A stretch of 59,106 nucleotides of DNA, filler included. It is 4 parts of 4 records of this genome, joined end to end, with 100 filler letters (N's around TTAATTAATTAA, not from the genome) between each part and the next. Parts side by side here need not be neighbours in the genome. Positions count along the whole stretch, not along the records: positions 51,073 to 59,106 come from DRR378314_2218; 3 more parts are not named here. One strand, written 5' to 3'. The notes under the pieces are model-generated. The model ran no database searches, was not told the origin of the DNA, and worked only from the letters and a program-made list of their open reading frames with translations. Positions 51,150 through 59,106 of this stretch are shown here, one piece after another; positions within the stretch are counted from its first letter, which is position 1; the number at the start of each line of letters is the position of its first letter. A program made the translations under genes and the position numbers.

Positions 51150-54077
51150 GTAAATCGTTGGCTGTCCCACGACGCGCCGCAAGTTTATCAAACATATACC
51201 CACCTACAGTGACACAAAAAGGAACAGGTAGCAGTAGCGCAACCAATGAAGCGACTAGTACGTCAGCGCCGCATCATGTCTGCACGCTGGTTCCTGCTGA
51301 TCGCACAGTACACCCCACTGAACCTGGATTACACGATGACCCGCCGGCTGGACAACACGCCGCACAGAAACGAAACGAAGAGCGAGTACTCCAGCGAGCA
51401 TGGTCGCGCTGCAAACATCGAGCACACAGCACAGAGTCCGTGGGCGTATACAAGGTCATGTGTGATCCCTTCAACCTCACTCCACGGATCTCACGCACAC
51501 CACAACGGTTGAGACGTACCCAACAGCGTAGCACCAACTCCCATCACAGCGGTGACCCCGCCAAAGAGTCCGTCTGCAAGCGCTAAATCCATCTGCAACG
51601 CATTCACCAGATACGTGGGTCCTGAAAAAAAACACATCGCACACATACGCAACGAGAAGGCGGATACGGCCGCGGTACAGGTGCGCGTTTCGTGAGTTCC
51701 AGAGCGGTTCCAGGGGCGGAACCATGCGCGTTTGCGCTCTCCCTTCGCGCCTTGCGCGCCAACATAAGCAAACCAACAGCGTGCGCATCATTAGCGCACC
51801 CGTACGCGCCGGTACCATACATCCCTGATAATACATCCTTTGTCGTATTCACCACGCATCGTGCAAGTGCATGCCCGGGCGCCTTGCCCGCTAGTGACGG
51901 CGCGGGACCTTGCGCTCGCAGCGCGTATTCGTACCGAAAAACGCAAACCCGCCAAGCACGTAGGTGTACGCAGCTTGTCCCATCACGCTCAGTACGTAAA
52001 ACGGCTCCTTCGATACAGATACGAGGCTGTTCCATGGAGTGGTGGATTGGGACTTGCTCGACTTCTTCAATTGATGGGGAATGAACAAACAGGTGAGCAG
52101 CAGAGGAATCATCAGGATCCCTTCCAGAACAAACGCCGCTCGCCACGTCCACATCGATGCGGTGAGCCCACCAATCAGGTACCCAAGTGCAGTTCCCACA
52201 GGTACCGCCATGAAGAATGCCGCAAGCCAAAGAGCTTTCCGTTCCTGTACCATGGTGTGTGTGTGAGAGAGAGAAAACAAGCACGAGAGGAAGACATTGC
52301 GCGCCACAGGGGCACTGTAAGAGCAAATCACAGGACAAGCACTCGTCCCGGCCGTGCAGCACCAGCGTGGTGCCGAGCGCGCACGAGCAATCAATACGAA
52401 TTTGCTCACATGATCAAGTGTATGCCAGCGTGCGAGCAGTATGTGAAAGCGTACCGGGGGAGCATAATCGTCGATAAAGGGCGGCGCCAGGCACTGGAAG
52501 GACGCTTCACCAATACCGCTGACAATCCTGCGAATACGGCAGCACACGCAACGCGCAGGCACACAACACACGAAACGCTGTTACAATTGCCGCGTTGTCC
52601 ACGAAACACTCCTCATTCGCACGTAAGCTATACGCAAAGGGAGCACAAACGTGTGGTGCAACAAATCACGCAGCTATACTTTATCACCGTCACTATCGCT
52701 GCGCAGTTCCAAGGCACACGCTGGGGGGAACACACCGCGGAATATCGTGAATGCGCGGCAAGCGGCGTTACGTATGGAACGGCTGCACGCGCGTCACGCA
52801 CGCGCCGATAGAGGAGACCTACACCGCGCATCTCCCCGTATTTGCACATTCTCTGCTACGCTCCAGCACTACAACGCACTCCACGGGGCCCGTAGCAGCA
52901 GCAGAACCAGCACGAAGCGCGCACGTACTTGCAAGCACTGTGATACTACCGCTCCCCACGCGAACAACTTCCGACACCACCATCCCGATCCATATCCAGC
53001 ACCCGCACCCGTCTACTGCGCGCGTACACGGTACTTGTCGGCCGTACCTCGCGATAAGGAGGAGCGTGAAACCCTGTGAGAACGCGGCAGCTGCCGCAGC
53101 GAGAAGCCACAGCGCTAGCCCGAACGCGAGAACGACGAAGGGCCGGAAGCGAATGACAAACACCGCGAAAATAGGCGATGCCACCATGTACCCGCCCATG
53201 AAAGCCCTGCAGCGGAGAACGAAGAAAGTACCACATCGTGCGTCAGGGTGGCTCGCATCGAAGCGAGCGTGACCCAGTGGCGGCCGTCGCAGCGGCGCGT
53301 ACGCCAACCAAGCGACAAGTGCCGCAGCAAGCGCACCGCAGCACCGATGAACCCCCCACCAGCCCCGCACGCGCACGCACTGCTATCGACCACGCACGGG
53401 CGAACACGACACATGCACATAAAACCATCAGACGTGGCAGTCTATCGTTTCGCAACGGCACGCGGATGCATGGTGTAGCGCGCAGTACGCACGTACTCCC
53501 GTTTCCTTGCAGTGAGCACCACAGAGCCTCGCGGGCCGCACCGCCGTCACACGTACCCTGCCAGAGTTCCCGCCTCCGCATTCGTAATGTGCAGCTGCAG
53601 AAAGGGAGAGAGGGGATTGCACAATGCACAGAGAGCACGCAGCATGTAGTATGTATCAGTTGTTGTGGTAAACGATGACACAGTGTGCAGTTGCGACTCC
53701 GGGTGGGGCGGCGTGCATGTTTGCAGCGCAGCTCGCCGCGACAGCGCGCGCACCGGTCAGACGGGCGAACGAGGCGCGACGAGCGGAATAGCTACGGGCT
53801 GACAACGACGAATTTCCCCCCCCCCCGCGCCGCCGGTGCAAAGCGCGATGCAGATACTACCTCACTGTTCGTGCAAGAAAGTACGCGTGCTATTGCTCAT
53901 TCATGGGGGCCAGAGTCCCCACGAGCCCCGCCGCGCTGCAGTGCGTACCTCGTGCTCGAGTTTCGGGACGATCCCAGCAACGATACCACGGTCGACGTAG
54001 TTGAGAATATTGATACACACAAACAGTATCAGCACGCGCCACGGCGTGAATTTTGAACCTTGAACAAGACCCCCCAT
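51150..54077 (-). CDS. Spinster-family MFS transporter, 7 exons visible, 3'-truncated
   Basis: Phase-consistent exons 54077-53949, 53594-53557, 53206-53048, 52527-52455, 52244-51935, 51621-51520, 51203-51150; INILNYVDRG, R..SGIGEASF..LAPPFIDD.AP, F.MAVPVG.ALGY, WRAAF..EG. Confidence 0.9.
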
Positions 54078-55656
54078 CGCTAGCAGAGGCGCGACGCAGC
54101 AGTACACGAAATGACACAACGAGCTCAGCGCCATACACCTCTCTCGCTGCGCATACGTTTGGTTCGCAGGTGCGGTGCTTGGCGCCACTGCGACGAGGAG
54201 GCAGAAACGCGGAGAACAGACAGGAGCGCCGCACTCGCGCAGCGCCGCCACGAGGCACAACGAGCTCCTGCACACAACACACCGTGACAACGTATAGCAC
54301 ACGAAAACGAACAAAATAATTGTACATAGTACAGTTGCTCGTCTCTGCTTGTCCTTACTACAGCAAGCAAGTAGTAGATGCGGCTCAGATTCGCCTAAAG
54401 CTCCGCAGCGGTCGCCGCGGAACTGGGAAGCGCGCGGCACGGCTCCGAAGCTTGGTGCGGAGCGCGCGCGAAGCGCACCACCGACCGACCCAGCGCCGTG
54501 CCTGCGCTACCACTCCCGCTCGACCGAGTGTGCAGATTCCATTTTGCTAGAGAGATATGCATCCCCGAGGCGTACGCGTGGTAGTACGGTACACAGAGAA
54601 AGAGGCGTCCGCGTACGGCACACGCGGAGCGCGCGTACTTCGGGCCACGCGCGCGCAAGCAGTGGCGCCGGGGCGCACACAGCCAGCGCGACCGCAGCGC
54701 ACGAGAAGCACGCGCCACGCTCACCGCACGCGCCGCACGCGCCTCGCTCCCCGCAAAACACGCAACCAGCCACCACGACGCCCATGGGGAACTACATACG
54801 CATCTCTAGATCTGCACTCAGTTTACCAAAGAAAATCATCCCTGCCGCACTAATAAAGCTCACTTCTCGCGCCTTGGGTTACGGTGTGCGCGCTCCGCTA
54901 TGATACGCAGCACAGGACCGCCGCCCGCCACGCGCACACACACAGGGCACGCAGAACCCCGTGGAGAAACGCACGCGACACAATCCGCCCATTACTTATG
55001 CTGTGTGCACGTAAACACTATATCATGTATACTTGTGCGCCTGCAAATGCAGCGCGCCGCATCCGCGGCAACTCCCAGTGAGCTGCAGCAGTGCACCAAA
55101 GGGTGCAACACACATGTGGCGCAGCACTCGGACGCGCCCCAGCACAGCCACGCCGTAAGCCACGACCACAAGACGCCCTCAAGTATATCCACACCACAAT
55201 AAACGTCCGCCGTACCTACAATAGGTATCGTCACAATTGGTAGGTGGTGTCAAACCCGTCCGCGCGCGAGCAGCGTCGGCAGGAGCGTCCCAGAGAGACC
55301 GCGACGCCCACGCGAAAGTGCGCTGCGGGCACCCTGAACAAGCAGGGCCAGCTCGCGTCGGAGGACGCGCGGTCGAGCTCGATGCGCTCCCTGATCAAGG
55401 TTGGGATTATAGGGCACATATGTTCCATCCTCATACGATCAAAACATACATAAGTAAAAGTGAATGAACGAATACAGCTTCACGTATTGATCGATCCTCG
55501 CGCGCGCTCCTTGGTTCCGCCGCGAGGGCGAGCCTAGCCAAAAGCTGCAACCGTGCTCGTGCGGCGCGCGACTGTGGCGACGCTTTCCCCGCACCACCAT
55601 CACAAGCGGGCACGCTCGTGTACAGCAGACTCTCTCGCGACATTTACTGTTCCCCC

Positions 55657-58600
55657 ATGACCGCCCGCACAGCGTTGCGCCATCTGCACCGCAAGGCGCT
55701 CCTCCGGCAACAGGTACGAATAGTGAAGGAGCGGCTCGCTGCGTCGCGCGTGCACTAGCAGGCGAGGCGAGTCGGCAGGACCTGTGCGCTGGAGCGCTGC
55801 GCACGGGCGCGTGCGGCGCCGCTGCGCTCGTGGCTCGTCGGCGCACCGGCCTGCTGCAATGCGGCGTGCGTGCAGCTTCCTTCATCCATCGTCATTAGCT
55901 TACCAATATTTACCATCGCAAACTTCATTGAACGAATCGTATGCCGGTCCCTCCGGAATCGTGCTCGTAGCAGCCGGGGAACTCGTCGAGCGCGCGGCGC
56001 TGCAGCTGCCGCACCTCGGGCCCCTTGTCGCGCTCGCCGCGCCGCCAGCGCCACCGCCCCGCACGTGCAGCGCTGCGGTGAAGCGATGTGCTGAGCCTGA
56101 TCGGCGGCCGTAGGCGCAGCACGGCTCCGTTCATACAGTGAAATGTATCGTGCAATGAATGAACGATAGTTAGCGTACGTGCATCTTGGGAGCAGGGGTG
56201 GATACGGTGTGGTTGCGCCGTGCAGTACGGACGGGTCGCGCGCGCGTCGAGCGTGCGCTCGCTCCCTTCGTCGCCGTGCGAGCTCCGAATCACTGACGTG
56301 CGCCGGTGTGGGCCACTCCGTGTCGGCGATTCTCCCTTTTCTTTTGCAGCGCAACTTGCATGGACTCCAAGTTGTGGCGCGCGGACCCGGAGGACGCTCT
56401 TCTGACTCTGGTATCATTGCAACTGTTTTCGGCGCCACGGGATTCCTGGCGCGGTATCTTGTCAATGAACTGGGTACGTGCTCCGCTGCACTGTGCTGCG
56501 GCTCCGCAGCGCGCCCTGTGGCGCACGACTGCACAGTGAGCGCGCACGTGCTTTCGGTCTACGCCCCGTTTGTACGAACGCACAACTCTCACATGCTCGC
56601 ACACACTGTGATTCTACGCACGTGTATACGTGTGTATCTCGCACCTGCATGGTGCGTCTGCCTCTTGGTTTCTTTTCGCAACGTTTCCCCTCTCGCCCGT
56701 TGCTTCGGTGTTGCGGTTGCCAAGGGGAACGTTGCGAGCGACCCTCCGCGGGAGCACGCTGGTTCGCTGACCACCACAGTACGGGAGCGAGCGCTTTCCA
56801 TCTCCTAATGCTCGTTCACAGGGTGCTTCTCTCTTCAGTAGATGAGAATGGGACACATACCGCTTATTGCGCGTTCCTGAATCTTCCGCGGTGTCTGCGT
56901 GTTGGCGCATCTTGTACTGCCGTGCAGGACGCATCGGCTCGCAGATTGTCGTGCCGTACCGCGGCGACGAGCACGACTGGCGCCATCTCAAGGTGATGGG
57001 CGACGTAGGACAAATTGTTGCGGTTCCTTTCCGCGCCCGCGATCGCGAATCGGTATGTGCAAGACGACTAGACACCGTACGCATAACGTGACCATCGCTG
57101 CAGCGATTCCAGATGCTCGCTACGGAGCACCGCCAGGGTGCGCCGGGCAGCGAGCAACGCATAGTGCTCACGATGTCTCGTACCGGAGGTGATATGAGAG
57201 AATGCGTGCTCCCAACACCAGCAGGAGAACACTGCTCACATAACGGGATGTAAGGTGAATGCGTGCGTTCCACGCCCTGTCTCGGAGCGTGCCGTATTCG
57301 TGTACGCATACACCGTGCCGGTCCGCGGTTGCGCGTCGCTGCCCTTTCCCCCCTCGCCTCTTGTCCTGACCGTCGCTTCCACGAGCGATGTCCCGTCCTC
57401 CGTCCTACTGGGTGCCCGCAATTGCAGGTGGAGCGCGTCGTATCGAAGTCGAACGCGGTTTTCAACCTTATCGGATACCCGCATGAGACGCGGAACTTCT
57501 CGTTCGAGGATGTAAACGTGAACATTGCCCGTACGATCGCCGAAGTGTGCGCGGATAAGCGCATTGAGCGTTTTGTGCACGTATCTGCCACTGCCGCTGA
57601 TGAAGACTCGCCCTCCGAATGGGCCAGGACCAAGGTGCGCGCATTTGTTCTCTCCGCTCCAGCGCACGTCCCTTCCGATGCTACGATAGTTTCAATTCTG
57701 CGCCACTACATCGATGCGGTGGTACCGCTCCGTTGGTGCGAGTATGGGTGCTCTGCTTTTTCACCGTGGGTGATGTTGCGCAGCGAGGGCGCGGATCTCT
57801 GCGTCTTGTTGCGTAGCTGCGAGCGTCCCATGCACCGCACTCTCCATCTCTGAGTGCGCGCTGGTGCCTGTTGTCGACCTCAACTCCGCCTCATACACGT
57901 GTACGCATCACTTTGTTATGTTGTATGATGCAATGAACAGGCGCTGGGCGAGCGGGCGGTTCGTTCGGCGTTCCCTGCCGCTACCATTGTGCGCCCTACA
58001 GTGCTCGTAGGCTCGGAGGACAGGTACGCTGCGCCGCGGCTGATTATCTGCGCGGAGAGAGCGAAAGTACACCCACGGCCATACATTCATACGTAGCAGC
58101 GGCAGCTGGTGTCGTTGTGGGACTGTCGCCGAAGCCATGGTAGAGAGAGCGGCTGGTACAGGCGCTGCAATCGCTGAGGCCGCGTTTGGCTGGCTCGCCG
58201 TACTTGTAGTCGGCGCAAACAACGACGTGCTGCTCACCCGGTTGTTCCGCGGCGCACGCGATCGCGGCTGCTCTCGTGTGGTGACAAATTTGCGTGGTTC
58301 ACTAGATTTTTCAATGATATGGCGATGTTTTTCAAGCTCTTCCGATTTGTCCCTATTGTCGAGGGCGGCACGGCGCGCCTCCAGCCCGTGTTTGTGCGGG
58401 ATGTCGCGCGGGGCATCATGGCAACGCTGAGCGCGGACGACGCGCCGGGGAAGACGTACGACTTTGGAGGACCTGAAGTACACACATACAACGAACTCGT
58501 TTCGTTCATGTTTGAAAAGATCGAACACCAGTCGCGTACCGTTCATATCCCGAAGAGTATTCTCAAGTCCGGCGCACGGGTTCTTGAGTTCGCCCCGTAC

Positions 58601-58777
58601 CCGCAGCTTACGCGCGACAAGGTGGAGCTGCTCACGTGCGACCGCGTGGTTGCGCCCAACGCCGCCAATACGCTGCAGACGCTCGGTATTGAGCCGACGT
58701 CGATGGACGAGGCGTGCTCGGAGTACCTGAGCCGCTTCCAGAGCAAGGGCGGCACGGGGTTCCTCAATGTCGCCTGA
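55657..58777 (+). CDS. NDUFA9: Complex I 39-kDa SDR subunit, 6 exons, 355 aa
   Basis: Exons 55657-55713 (Arg-rich presequence [19 protein letters not shown]), 56350-56473, 56928-57052, 57428-57634, 57941-58023, 58306-58777 sum to 1068 nt; [48 protein letters not shown]. Confidence 0.93.
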
Positions 58778-59075
58778 GCGGCGCTTCTCGTTCGCCCCCC
58801 CTCTATCCCCCCCAGCACCGCCCCGCGCGCCGGCGCGCGCCAATGAATGGGACACGCCACGCCGCGCACGCGCGCCGCTCGCGGAGTTTGCCACACGCAC
58901 GCGCACGCGCACGCTCGCACGCGCGCTCCGCCGCTGCGACGCTCACCGCGCCCTCGCTTCGCCGGCGTGCGATGATCCGGTTCGGCGCGGCAGCGGCGCG
59001 GTGCAGGCCCGCGGGCAGGCTGACAGGTGCGCAGCGCTGCAGCGGCGCGTACGGCCGCAACGGGGTGCTGAACCC

Positions 59076-59106
59076 CGCGCACGCGCACGCGCACGCGCAC
59101 GCGCAC
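59076..59106. repeat. (CGCGCA)n microsatellite running off the window
   Basis: Five units; related tract near 58893-58925; alternating purine-pyrimidine. Confidence 0.9.

Noticed and set aside
39892..58305. Introner-type (transposon-derived, near-identical) introns
   Set aside because: By eye, the introns share only splice signals and TG/CG-rich low complexity, not extended identity
1..59106. CRISPR arrays, tRNA/rRNA genes, integrases, transposases, defence systems
   Set aside because: None recognised by manual reading; tRNAscan-SE, Infernal and DefenseFinder runs would be needed to exclude them formally

Overview
This window is not one locus. It is four contig fragments joined by an artificial 100-nt spacer (N44-TTAATTAATTAA-N44) at 15573-15672, 30071-30170 and 50973-51072. 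(1) 1-15572 is from a high-GC gammaproteobacterium (Alcanivorax-like by inference). It carries rpoD'-dnaG-yqeY-rpsU, tsaD, plsY, folB-folK, folM-cca, an EamA exporter with an unusual leader, a nitronate-monooxygenase-family flavoprotein, a Fur-boxed Fe3+ ABC transporter and ycgB/yeaH'. (2) 15673-30070 is from a mid-GC gammaproteobacterium (Halomonas-like by inference). It carries a Pho-boxed HAD phosphatase/phnR/aepX-like module, two divergent c-di-GMP enzymes, a pyroglutamate-type TRAP transporter, a MarR-like wHTH regulator and a GsiAB-like peptide ABC transporter. (3) 30171-50972 and (4) 51073-59106 are from an intron-rich microbial eukaryote that the ORF track cannot resolve. Hand-splicing gives a complete 11-exon GCAT/kbl, a complete 6-exon NDUFA9, a partial spinster-type MFS and two secreted multidomain proteins (filamin-type Ig repeats + EGF; EGF-FN3-EGF). 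Almost all splice donors are GTRCG. The best leads are the EamA leader, the Pho/PhnR-controlled HAD-AepX module, the secreted filamin-repeat protein, the +4C splice donors and a candidate intronic C/D snoRNA. No database searches were run, so family calls rest on recalled motifs.
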